A stretch of 64,000 bases of DNA from an uncultured Gammaproteobacteria bacterium (GTDB taxonomy: Bacteria; Pseudomonadota; Gammaproteobacteria; JAURND01): contig CAVQQD010000002.1 of the NCBI GenBank assembly GCA_963714975.1, positions 992,001-1,056,000 on the forward strand, written 5' to 3'. Both the position numbers and the translations under genes were made by a program. Positions within the stretch are counted from its first letter, which is position 1. Each line of letters opens with the position of its first letter. This document shows positions 39,974-48,261 of this stretch, piece by piece. The notes under the pieces were generated by a model, which was not told where the DNA came from, did no database searches, and was given only the letters and a program-made list of their open reading frames with translations.

Positions 39974-40714
39974 CTGTTTTTCCTCCTCGATGTTTTTTAT
40001 TGTTTGATTGTATATTGGTTCTTGCTCTTTCGGAAGAGCAATAAGCCAATCGATCAGAGTAAATAATTGAATAATATCGCGTTTAGTATAACCCTTTTTA
40101 TACAACTGACGAGTCAAAGCAGTCTTGGCATGTAAACGCGCTTCGCTATCCTGCCGTGTTTTCAGTGCCACTAATTGTGCCAATATCACCATGGCAAAAC
40201 GATTGTTCATGGCTTCTAGTTCTTGCCAGCGCTTTTGATAATCCAATATTTTTATAACTAAATAACGCACTTCCTGATAGGTTCCAAAACATGCTTCACG
40301 GTAATAATCAGTGCGCCAATCTGGATCGTTATCAATTAAAATAGCAATGCTAACAACGGGTAGATTCCAAAAATCAGAAATTCGATACCGATAAATCATC
40401 ATCCGACGCGGTAAGTTTCCTCTCTTAGGATCCCTTTCAACCTCAAGGTGACACAATATTAAAGTTTGTTTTCCATTTTTTCCATGGACTTTGATTAATT
40501 TATCTGCAATGCAATTACCAATTGCCGCATGACGTGTTATTTTACTTAATTCTTTATCAAGTGATTCCCAATTTTTGGACCAATCGATTTGCGTGGCAAT
40601 ATCCGGCAAGCAAAATTCCATAAAATCACGAAAATATAATCCTAAACCGTATTTCCAAGGACGATCAAAATCAGCCCGGGTATTCTTGTTTTTTGTTTTT
40701 AGCTCATGAGTCAT
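39752..40714 (-). CDS. Rpn-family PD-(D/E)xK nuclease / putative transposase, copy 1
   Basis: DRPWK, IDWS..LDKEL, ADKLIKV, HLEVE, LIDWLIALP; G(I)xx repeats and DUF4351-like tail. Confidence 0.85.
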   Translation of the reverse strand: MTHELKTKNKNTRADFDRPWKYGLGLYFRDFMEFCLPDIATQIDWSKNWESLDKELSKITRHAAIGNCIADKLIKVHGKNGKQTLILCHLEVERDPKRGNLPRRMMIYRYRISDFWNLPVVSIAILIDNDPDWRTDYYREACFGTYQEVRYLVIKILDYQKRWQELEAMNNRFAMVILAQLVALKTRQDSEARLHAKTALTRQLYKKGYTKRDIIQLFTLIDWLIALPKEQEPIYNQTIKNIEEEKQMRYITTPERLGIEKGIKQGIQQGESKLLIRQLQRRFLHIPANYLARIQQASAETLLLWGERIFEASTLEEVFL

Positions 40715-40825
40715 GAACTCATATTAAAAGAAACAGCGGAATGCACAATACCGTAGTCCCGGAGTTTTTATACCTTCTCCCCTTTTGGGGAGAAGGTGCC
40801 GAAGGCGGACGCTACCCTTGCCACT

Positions 40826-41029
40826 TTATCGACCCAACCTCACTCTTCTCCTCTCACATCCCAAATCGCCACAAAATGCTGTCCTACCACCCCACAATGG
40901 CTGCGAGGATTTAAAGCAGACAACATTCTGATTTGACAATGGAAATACCACGAACGATTGACACGTGAGAGAAAAATAATTGAAGCTGTTTTGCACGGAC
41001 GCAAGATGCGTTAAACTGACTGCAGCCAT
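40826..41029 (-). CDS. 67-codon ORF covered by SymR-like RNA, copy 1
   Basis: AAGGAG SD + ATG (MAAVSLTH...); TTGCCA-17-GATAAT promoter at 41100-41128. Confidence 0.45.
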   Translation of the reverse strand: MAAVSLTHLASVQNSFNYFSLTCQSFVVFPLSNQNVVCFKSSQPLWGGRTAFCGDLGCERRRVRLGR

Positions 41030-41099
41030 GGTGAATCTCCTTCTTAGATTCCAGTGGTTAGCGTGTGGCCAGGTGTTAGTGCACCTACCACACGCGCCT
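41024..41099 (+). ncRNA. SymR-like cis-antisense RNA, copy 1
   Basis: AGCCAT..ATCTCC..GTGGTTAGCGTGTGG..AGGTG-ttagtg-CACCT-ACCACACGC; TAAACT -10 six nt upstream. Confidence 0.6.
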
Positions 41100-41173
41100 A
41101 TTATCATTAGTTTATTTTAAGCTGGCAACTGTTTTTTTAAAAAATGTAACTCTCCAGAGGTCATCTAGTTACA

Positions 41174-41431
41174 TTAAAGAAACACTTCTTCTAAGGTGGA
41201 AACCTCAAAAATACGCTCACCCCACAACAATAAAGTTTCGGCACTTGCCTGTTGAATTCGCGCAAGATAATTAGCAGGTACATGGAGGAAACGACGCTGT
41301 AATTGGCGAATTAATAGATTAGATTCACCCCGCTGTATACCTTTCTTTATGCCTTTCTTTATGCCTTTCTGTATACCTTGTTTGATCCCCTGTTCAATGC
41401 CAAGTCTTTCTGGAGTAGTAATATATCTCAT
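41174..41431 (-). CDS. Putative intragenic small protein (RpnS-type antitoxin), 85 aa
   Basis: In-frame ATG 41431 preceded by GAGGAG at 41441-41446. Confidence 0.65.
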   Translation of the reverse strand: MRYITTPERLGIEQGIKQGIQKGIKKGIKKGIQRGESNLLIRQLQRRFLHVPANYLARIQQASAETLLLWGERIFEVSTLEEVFL

Positions 41432-42172
41432 GTGTTGTTTCTCCTCGATGTTTTTTATTGATTGATTGTATATTGGCTCTTGCTCTTTGGGAAGAGCAAT
41501 AAGCCAATCGATCAGAGTAAATAATTGCATAATATCGCGTTTAGTATAACCCTTTTTATACAACTGACGAGTCAAAGCAGTCTTGGCATGTAAACGCGCT
41601 TCGCTATTCTGCTGTGTTTTCAGTGCCACTAATTGTGCTAATATCACCGTGGCAAAACGATTGTTCATCACCTCAAGCTCTTGCCAACGCGTTTGATAAT
41701 CCAATATTTTTATAGCTAAATAACGCACTTCCTGATAGGTTCCAAAACATGCTTCACGGTAATAATCAGTGCGCCAATCTGGATCGTTATCAATTAAAAT
41801 AGCAATGCTAACAACGGGTAGATTCCAAAAATCAGAAATTCGATACCGATAAATCATCATCCGACGCGGTAAGTTTCCTCTCTTAGGATCCCTTTCAACC
41901 TCAAGGTGACACAATATTAAAGTTTGTTTTCCATTTTTTCCATGGACTTTGATTAATTTATCTGCAATGCAATTACCAATTGCGGCATGGCGTGTTATTT
42001 TATTTAATTCTTTATCGAGTGATTCCCAATTTTTGGACCAATCGATTTGCGTGGCAATATCCGGCAAGCAAAATTCCATAAAATCACGAAAATATAATCC
42101 TAAACCGTATTTCCAAGGACGATCAAAATCAGCCCGGGTATTCTTGTTTTTTGTTTTTAGCTCATGAGTCAT
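41174..42172 (-). CDS. Rpn-family nuclease / putative transposase, copy 2
   Basis: Near-identical to copy 1, with three additional 4-aa G-I-x-x repeats. Confidence 0.85.
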   Translation of the reverse strand: MTHELKTKNKNTRADFDRPWKYGLGLYFRDFMEFCLPDIATQIDWSKNWESLDKELNKITRHAAIGNCIADKLIKVHGKNGKQTLILCHLEVERDPKRGNLPRRMMIYRYRISDFWNLPVVSIAILIDNDPDWRTDYYREACFGTYQEVRYLAIKILDYQTRWQELEVMNNRFATVILAQLVALKTQQNSEARLHAKTALTRQLYKKGYTKRDIMQLFTLIDWLIALPKEQEPIYNQSIKNIEEKQHMRYITTPERLGIEQGIKQGIQKGIKKGIKKGIQRGESNLLIRQLQRRFLHVPANYLARIQQASAETLLLWGERIFEVSTLEEVFL

Positions 42173-42228
42173 GAACCCATATTAAAAGAAACAGAGGAAC
42201 GCACAATACCGTAGTCCCAGAGTTTTTA

Positions 42229-42371
42229 TCCCTTCTCCCCTTGGGGAGAAGGTGCCCCTTCGACAGGCTCAGGGCAGGCTGGCGGATGAGGGTGTTTAAA
42301 ATAGCTTAAAGCTACAACAGGACACCCTCATCCGGCCTGCGGCCACCTTCTCCCGCAAGCGGGAGAGGGGA
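42229..42371. repeat. Inverted doublet of family A units; first unit carries a ccttcgacaggctcagg insert in its loop
   Basis: ...gaaggtgcc[ccttcgacaggctcagggcaggct]ggcggatgagggtgt ... acaccctcatccggcctgcggccaccttctccc. Confidence 0.85.
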
Positions 42372-42426
42372 TTTCCGTGCCACCCACTCTCCTGCAGCAA
42401 TCCCTGCGGAAAAAGGGATTTGCAAG

Positions 42427-42828
42427 CTACTCCCAAAAATCCGTCTGCCCTTTTTGCACTCCTGCTAATAACCTCGCGCACAATTCATCGGTAAAAGGCT
42501 TATCAAACAGGCCATTGAGTTTTAGTGCCTTGGCTCGCGTATAACAGCTTTCCTCATGCACGGCATGGGCGGACAAGATGACAATCGGCACGTTCGCATT
42601 GCCACTTAAATGCTTACGCATAAGTTGGGCCAGATCGAGGCCATAGTAATCCGGGAGTCCAAGATCAAGTAAGACCAGGTCATAACGATTGGAAAATAAT
42701 TGAATGGCTTGGGTGCCATTCATAGCTAAATCGACTTGGCAGTTTGCTGCAGTGAAAATAGATTCGGCCGCTTTACTGGCCATTTTGTTATCCTCAACGG
42801 CGAGGACTCTGAATTGCTTGGTATTCAT
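42427..42828 (-). CDS. Single-domain response regulator (receiver only)
   Basis: VLAVEDN, LLDLGLPD..G, ILSAH, DKPF. Confidence 0.9.
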   Translation of the reverse strand: MNTKQFRVLAVEDNKMASKAAESIFTAANCQVDLAMNGTQAIQLFSNRYDLVLLDLGLPDYYGLDLAQLMRKHLSGNANVPIVILSAHAVHEESCYTRAKALKLNGLFDKPFTDELCARLLAGVQKGQTDFWE

Positions 42829-42964
42829 GATGGTTTGCTCCTATTGTTATCGTTAAAATGGATTCATCAAACCAAGAAATCTTAAGGAGTAATAGTGGCA
42901 GAGATTAAAGAGATGACAGGGCAGGAAATCAAATCGCTGCCCCGCCACCGCTACCCCTGCCACT

Positions 42965-43168
42965 TTATCGACCCAACCTCACTAGCCTCCTCCCACATCC
43001 CAAATCGCCACAAAATGCTGCCCTACCACCCCACAATGGCTGCGAGGATTTAAAGCAGACAACATTCTGATTTGACAATGGAAATACCACGAACGATTGA
43101 CACGTGAGAGAAAAATAATTGAAGCTGTTTTGCACGGACGCAAGATGCGTTAAACTGACTGCAGCCAT
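42965..43168 (-). CDS. 67-codon ORF covered by SymR-like RNA, copy 2
   Basis: AAGGAG SD + ATG; TTGCCA-17-GATAAT promoter at 43240-43268. Confidence 0.45.
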   Translation of the reverse strand: MAAVSLTHLASVQNSFNYFSLTCQSFVVFPLSNQNVVCFKSSQPLWGGRAAFCGDLGCGRRLVRLGR

Positions 43169-43239
43169 GGTGAATCTCCTTGTTAGATTCCAGTGGTTAG
43201 CGTGTGGACCAGGTGTTGGAGCACCTACCACACGCGCCT
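43163..43239 (+). ncRNA. SymR-like cis-antisense RNA, copy 2
   Basis: Same stems as copy 1, loop ttggag instead of ttagtg. Confidence 0.6.
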
Positions 43240-43295
43240 ATTATCATCAGTTTATTTTAATCTGGCAACTGCTTTTTAAAAAAAATTACTATCAC

Positions 43296-44249
43296 ATGTT
43301 AGCAACAGACAAAATTTTTCCAGTAGTTATTTTATGCACCTCAGGATTTGGCTTACTTGCTCCCCAGCTTTTTCTTTGGGCAAAACCCCATATTCCAGTT
43401 TTTTTAGGAATCATTATGTTTGCCATTGGCTTAACTTTAGAAGCTGGTGATTTTAAACAAACATGGAATTTACGTGCGCAAATAGTCATCATCATTATTT
43501 TAAAATATGCATTACTGCCAATGGTAGCCTTTTGTTTGGCAAAATTATTTGGATTAACTACAGAACAATATTTGGGTCTATTAATAGTGGCTAGCTGCCC
43601 AGGAGGAACTGCTGCTGCTGTTATGACCTACCTAGCCCGGGCGAATACCGCGTTAACTGTGGTACTAACTTTTTTATCCACAATAATCTCTCCTTTGATG
43701 ACACCATTGCTTATATTTTTGTTTGTTCACCAAGAAATTATAGTGCCATGGCAAAATATGATGAACACTATCTTCTGGGTCATGTTTTTCCCGTTGATGG
43801 ATGGCCTAATCCTCAGAAAAATAATAGGCACGAAAATAGGGGCTATTAAATCGTTCTTACCTATCCTGGCTATGCTATGTATCGCAATTATCATTGGCTG
43901 TGTCATTGCCCTTAACCGTCAAATGCTATTAGCACTTCCTGTGGCTGCAGGAGCAGCGGTGTTAAGCACCCATCTCTGCGGCTTAATTTTGGGCTATCTA
44001 ATAGCTAAATACATTTTTTGCTGGCACAAAAGTAATTGCCAAGCTACAGCATTTGAATTTGGTATGCAAGATTCTGGAATGGCGGTAATGCTAGCAACGA
44101 AATTTTTTAGTAATGCAGTGGCATTATGTGCTAGCTTGTATAGTCTCATCCAGAATCTATTAGGACCCATAGTCGCACGGTATTTTTCAATGCATAACAA
44201 TAAAGTAGGTTCGGCTTATCCCTTCTCCCGTAAGCGGAAGAAGGGATAA
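43296..44249 (+). CDS. Bile acid:sodium symporter (BASS) family transporter
   Basis: LGIIMFAIGLTL, CPGGTA, FEFGMQDSG; start moved to MLATD; C-terminus from a family A unit (44220-44246). Confidence 0.9.
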   Translation: MLATDKIFPVVILCTSGFGLLAPQLFLWAKPHIPVFLGIIMFAIGLTLEAGDFKQTWNLRAQIVIIIILKYALLPMVAFCLAKLFGLTTEQYLGLLIVASCPGGTAAAVMTYLARANTALTVVLTFLSTIISPLMTPLLIFLFVHQEIIVPWQNMMNTIFWVMFFPLMDGLILRKIIGTKIGAIKSFLPILAMLCIAIIIGCVIALNRQMLLALPVAAGAAVLSTHLCGLILGYLIAKYIFCWHKSNCQATAFEFGMQDSGMAVMLATKFFSNAVALCASLYSLIQNLLGPIVARYFSMHNNKVGSAYPFSRKRKKG

Positions 44250-44294
44250 TCAACGGCAGCAGGAAATCGCATGGTAATGGAGAGCTCGAAAGCC

Positions 44295-46004
44295 TCAATG
44301 CCGCTTAAAAACAAATAAATATCCTTCCACTGGTTGCTGTTTTTGGCTGCGTAAAATAACTTCTTCCGTACGTTCAATGCTAAACCCGTGTCGCTCAGCT
44401 AACTCTTCCACATAGCGACGATTATGGGCAAAGCGGGCACTGGGTTGCAAAATAAAGGAAGATTCGTAAGTTTTTTCAACGGTAAGCGCGAATAGTCCTT
44501 GTTGGCGCAATGCTTGGTGTGCTAAATGAAAAGTACAGTCTAATTCTCCTACATAACCCAAAACATCTCCGGCTAACACGAGATCCAAATTTTGATATTT
44601 CTTCAATGCATCTTCAATATCCATCTTTTTTAATTCGTCGTACAGTTGTTTTTGTGCTGCTGCAGTCAGCATGTTGTCAGATAAATCAATGCCAATTAAT
44701 TGTTTTGCTAGCCCGCGAAAAGCAGCTCCGCACAATCCAGTGCCGCAACCTAAATCTAAAATGGTTAATTCAGCTTTTCGCGTCAATAGGGTTTCGGTCA
44801 CTGCTTTAAACAGTAATTGAGGCACTTGATAGTGTAAATATTCTTGCAAATGTTGATCAAAATGAGGGGCATATTGATCAAATAAGTGTTCAATATATTC
44901 TTTTGGTGCAGTAGTAGGGCCTGACTTTTGTGCAATGGCTGCCAATATATACATAATTTCAGGATCTTCTGGTTTTAATGCCAATGCTTGTTCGTAATGG
45001 AAAGCCGCTTGACTTAAATCTTCTTTTTTTAGATACACTGCCCCTAGATTAAGATGAGCATTAAAATATTTCGGTTCTAGACGTAACGCTTCTTTTAGAT
45101 ACTGGATCGCATCATCATGCCGATCTTGATAGAAGTAAATCACTCCCAAATTATAAAAAGTATCTAAATCAGGTTGGATCTCTAATAACTGTAAATAACA
45201 CTGCAGCGCTGCATCTGGCTTGCGTTGCACTAAATACAGTGCACCCAGATTATGTAATGCCTCGGTATGTTTCGGCTCTAATTTTAAAGCTTCTTGATAA
45301 TGATCAATGGCTTGTTCGGCTTGATCTTGTTGAGTCAAGGCCACTGCTAATTGATGATGTATCTCCGAGAGATGGGGATCGATTGCTAATCGTGCTCGAT
45401 AATGCTCAACCGCTTCGGCCGGGCGGCCCTGCTGTAATAATAATTGTCCCAGATGTGCTAGTGCTTGCTCATGTTGTGGCTCGTGCTGCAAAGCTTTTTC
45501 TAAGGCAGCAATGGCTTCAGTATATTTGGATTGTGAAGTCAATGCCGAGCTCAAATTAAAATGAGCATCCGCATAGTCAGGTTTTAATTCTATTGCCCGA
45601 CGATAATACTTTTCAGCTAAGCCATATTGTCTTTGCTTATGATATAAAATACCCATATTATTATTTACAGCAGAAGATTCAGGTTGAATTTCTAGGGCTT
45701 TTTCGAAATGCGCAACGGCTTGCTTGGTATGTCCTAAATGCCTTTGAATATTCCCCATGCTGTTATGAAAAGTAGCTGATTCAGGCTGTAATTTTAAGGC
45801 TAAATTTAACCATGATTCTGCTAATTCAAATTTTCCTTGTTGGCCTGAGGCAATACCCAGCAAATGCAGTACATCGGCCCTCTTGGGATCTTGTTTACGT
45901 ATTTTTTTATAGAGCTGCTCAGCCTGCTCAAAATCACCGCCTTGGTGTAATTGAATTGCTTGCTGCAATAAATCATCGGCTGAAAAATCAGGACTTTTTT
46001 TCAT
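44295..46004 (-). CDS. TPR-repeat protein with C-terminal SAM methyltransferase
   Basis: About ten TPRs; LFDQYA..FD, ILDLGCGTGLCG, RFAH. Confidence 0.92.
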   Translation of the reverse strand: MKKSPDFSADDLLQQAIQLHQGGDFEQAEQLYKKIRKQDPKRADVLHLLGIASGQQGKFELAESWLNLALKLQPESATFHNSMGNIQRHLGHTKQAVAHFEKALEIQPESSAVNNNMGILYHKQRQYGLAEKYYRRAIELKPDYADAHFNLSSALTSQSKYTEAIAALEKALQHEPQHEQALAHLGQLLLQQGRPAEAVEHYRARLAIDPHLSEIHHQLAVALTQQDQAEQAIDHYQEALKLEPKHTEALHNLGALYLVQRKPDAALQCYLQLLEIQPDLDTFYNLGVIYFYQDRHDDAIQYLKEALRLEPKYFNAHLNLGAVYLKKEDLSQAAFHYEQALALKPEDPEIMYILAAIAQKSGPTTAPKEYIEHLFDQYAPHFDQHLQEYLHYQVPQLLFKAVTETLLTRKAELTILDLGCGTGLCGAAFRGLAKQLIGIDLSDNMLTAAAQKQLYDELKKMDIEDALKKYQNLDLVLAGDVLGYVGELDCTFHLAHQALRQQGLFALTVEKTYESSFILQPSARFAHNRRYVEELAERHGFSIERTEEVILRSQKQQPVEGYLFVFKRH

Positions 46005-46032
46005 ACTTCACACCTTAATTAAAGTAAAAAAT

Positions 46033-47013
46033 TTACGTCCCTGCCTTTATAGCTCGGCTTAATTGATAGGTTGCCATTGCATACATCTTACTTCCATTAT
46101 ACTTACGAATTACAGTAAAATTGTGAAAGGTAATCCAGTATTCCATACCCTCTTTTCCTTCTAATGGCAATACGCCAAGTAATGCACCTTTAGGAACTTT
46201 GCCAGTAGGTACAAGACCATAATGATGCAATTCCTGCACAGTAAATCGAGTCTTGCCTGCTTCACTGGCTAATAGCTTATGACGAGGATTGATGATTTTA
46301 GCTCGCATAGCAATGGGCTGTTTTGCCCGCCAACCCTTGGCTTGCAAATAATTACCAATACTGTAAATAGCATCCGGCTTGCTGTGGAACAAATTACTTT
46401 TTTGGCTCGAATTGATTGCAACGGCATAACTACGGTAACTACTGGGCATAAATTGTGCCATTCCCAAGCCCCCATCATAAGAACTCTTAATATGGAGAGG
46501 ATCCCAGTTTTGGTCACGACATAGTAATAAAAATTGGGTCAGTTCATTGCGAAAATAGTCGCGGCGCCGTGGAGAAAAGAAGGCAAAGGTAGTTAAGGCA
46601 TTCAGTGCTTCATAATGGCCCTGATTACGGCTGTAGTTGCTCTCCATCCCTAATATGGCAACAATAACGTTAGGTGGCACACCATATTTTTTTTCAGCCC
46701 GTGCCAAAGTTCGAGCGTTTTCTTGCTTAAATTCGCTGCCTTGATGAATACGTAAGGGGGTGATACGGGTTTCTTGATAGACATACCAGGGCATAGGCTG
46801 TTTTATACGAGCCACCTGTTGCATTTTTGCAATAATTTCGGGATTAAAAAGCACATGATGATACCAGGCATGTAATTGCGCTATATCAAAATCATATTTC
46901 TCACTTACTTCCTTGAGGTAACGATCCACTTCAGGCGCATGATTTAAATCGAGTGCCAAGGAAGTTGTCGCAGACAAAAGGAAAACCACGAGTAAAAGAA
47001 ATTTCTTCATCAA
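46033..47013 (-). CDS. mltB: Lytic murein transglycosylase B
   Basis: VAILGMES, QFMPSSY, SIGNYL...GW, YAMATYQL. Confidence 0.9.
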   Translation of the reverse strand: MMKKFLLLVVFLLSATTSLALDLNHAPEVDRYLKEVSEKYDFDIAQLHAWYHHVLFNPEIIAKMQQVARIKQPMPWYVYQETRITPLRIHQGSEFKQENARTLARAEKKYGVPPNVIVAILGMESNYSRNQGHYEALNALTTFAFFSPRRRDYFRNELTQFLLLCRDQNWDPLHIKSSYDGGLGMAQFMPSSYRSYAVAINSSQKSNLFHSKPDAIYSIGNYLQAKGWRAKQPIAMRAKIINPRHKLLASEAGKTRFTVQELHHYGLVPTGKVPKGALLGVLPLEGKEGMEYWITFHNFTVIRKYNGSKMYAMATYQLSRAIKAGT

Positions 47014-47015
47014 TC

Positions 47016-48161
47016 TTATCGTCTAAGTAATTTTCTATGGGTATGAATCGCCATAATAATACCAAACCCTGCCATAATCGTCACCATAGAGGTTCCGCCA
47101 TAGCTAATTAGCGGTAGTGGTAAACCTACCACCGGTAAAATACCCGTGACCATCCCCATATTGACAAAAAAGGACAGAAAGAAAGTAAGGCTTAAACTTC
47201 CTGCTAATAATCGAGAAAATGTGTCCTGAGCCTGAGTGGCAATATGCAAGCCACGTAAGGCAATAAAGGTTAACATCAGAATTAACAGGATACTGCCCAC
47301 AAAACCCAACTCTTCACCTACTACTCCAAAAATAAAATCGGTGGCATGTTCCGGTAAAAATTGCAAATGTGACTGCGTTCCATGTAAATACCCTTTGCCA
47401 AAAATTCCGCCTGAGCCAATGGCAATTTTAGATTGAATAATATGGTAACCAGCTCCCAGCGGATCACGCTCAGGATCAAGAAAAGTCAGCACTCGTTGTT
47501 GCTGATACTCATGTAAGAAATGCCACAATACCGGCGCACAAACCCCTGCAATTACAATAAAAGCAAATATGCTGCGCCAGCGCATCCCTGATAAGAAAAA
47601 CACCCAAACTCCGGTAAATAAAATAACCAGGGCAGTTCCTAAATCGGGTTGTTTTGCCGTTAAACCCACTGGGACTAATAGCAATAGCCCACATATCAAT
47701 AAGGGGATTAATTGAGGGGGCAAAGGTTTTTTATCTAAAAACCAGGCTAACATCATAGGCATAGCTAACTTCATAATTTCGGAAGGCTGAAAACGAAAAA
47801 TTCCCAAGTTAAGCCAACGTTGCGCCCCCTTTCCGGTATGACCAATAATTAACACTGCGACTAGCATTAACACTCCCAACGTAAACACCCAGGGAGCCCA
47901 TTGGTAATAGCGTTGTGGTGGTATCTGAGCAAAACAAAGCATCACTCCAAGGGCGAGGCATACCCATAACATTTGTCGCCCCAATAAAACTAAACTTTGG
48001 TTGTCGGCACTATATAGAATTAATAAGCCGATAAATAATACTAATGCAATCCCCAAAAACAGCGACGGATCAATATGAAATTTTTCCCAAAAGCTACGTG
48101 CTAAGCGATTTGAAGAACGCGTAGGTCTTAGGCTATAAAAAAAATAATTAATGAATTTCAT
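47016..48161 (-). CDS. rodA: Rod shape-determining protein RodA
   Basis: GAQRWL, QPSEIMK, QPDLGT, GYHIIQSKIAIGSGG, ISYGGTS. Confidence 0.97.
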   Translation of the reverse strand: MKFINYFFYSLRPTRSSNRLARSFWEKFHIDPSLFLGIALVLFIGLLILYSADNQSLVLLGRQMLWVCLALGVMLCFAQIPPQRYYQWAPWVFTLGVLMLVAVLIIGHTGKGAQRWLNLGIFRFQPSEIMKLAMPMMLAWFLDKKPLPPQLIPLLICGLLLLVPVGLTAKQPDLGTALVILFTGVWVFFLSGMRWRSIFAFIVIAGVCAPVLWHFLHEYQQQRVLTFLDPERDPLGAGYHIIQSKIAIGSGGIFGKGYLHGTQSHLQFLPEHATDFIFGVVGEELGFVGSILLILMLTFIALRGLHIATQAQDTFSRLLAGSLSLTFFLSFFVNMGMVTGILPVVGLPLPLISYGGTSMVTIMAGFGIIMAIHTHRKLLRR

Positions 48162-48207
48162 TGGTAAGTCTCAGTGAATCAAATCCCATTCCCATTTCCT
48201 TATGCCC

Positions 48208-48259
48208 TGGATCCCGGCATCCATGCCGGGACGACGACAGGAACCGGGACGACGACAGG
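48208..48259. repeat. Family D repeat plus partial second unit
   Basis: tggatcccggcatccatgccgggacgac. Confidence 0.75.
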
Positions 48260-48261
48260 GA

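Larger units (their letters stand above)
40810..41145. repeat. ~335-bp duplicated segment, copy 1 (copy 2 at 42949-43286)
   Basis: Near-identical sequence by inspection. Confidence 0.95.

Noticed and set aside
43240-43290. LexA box as at E. coli symE
   Set aside because: No CTG-N10-CAG found over the promoter
43119-43295. N-terminal extension of the BASS transporter
   Set aside because: It runs through the duplicated antisense/promoter module; BASS similarity starts at MLATD (43296)
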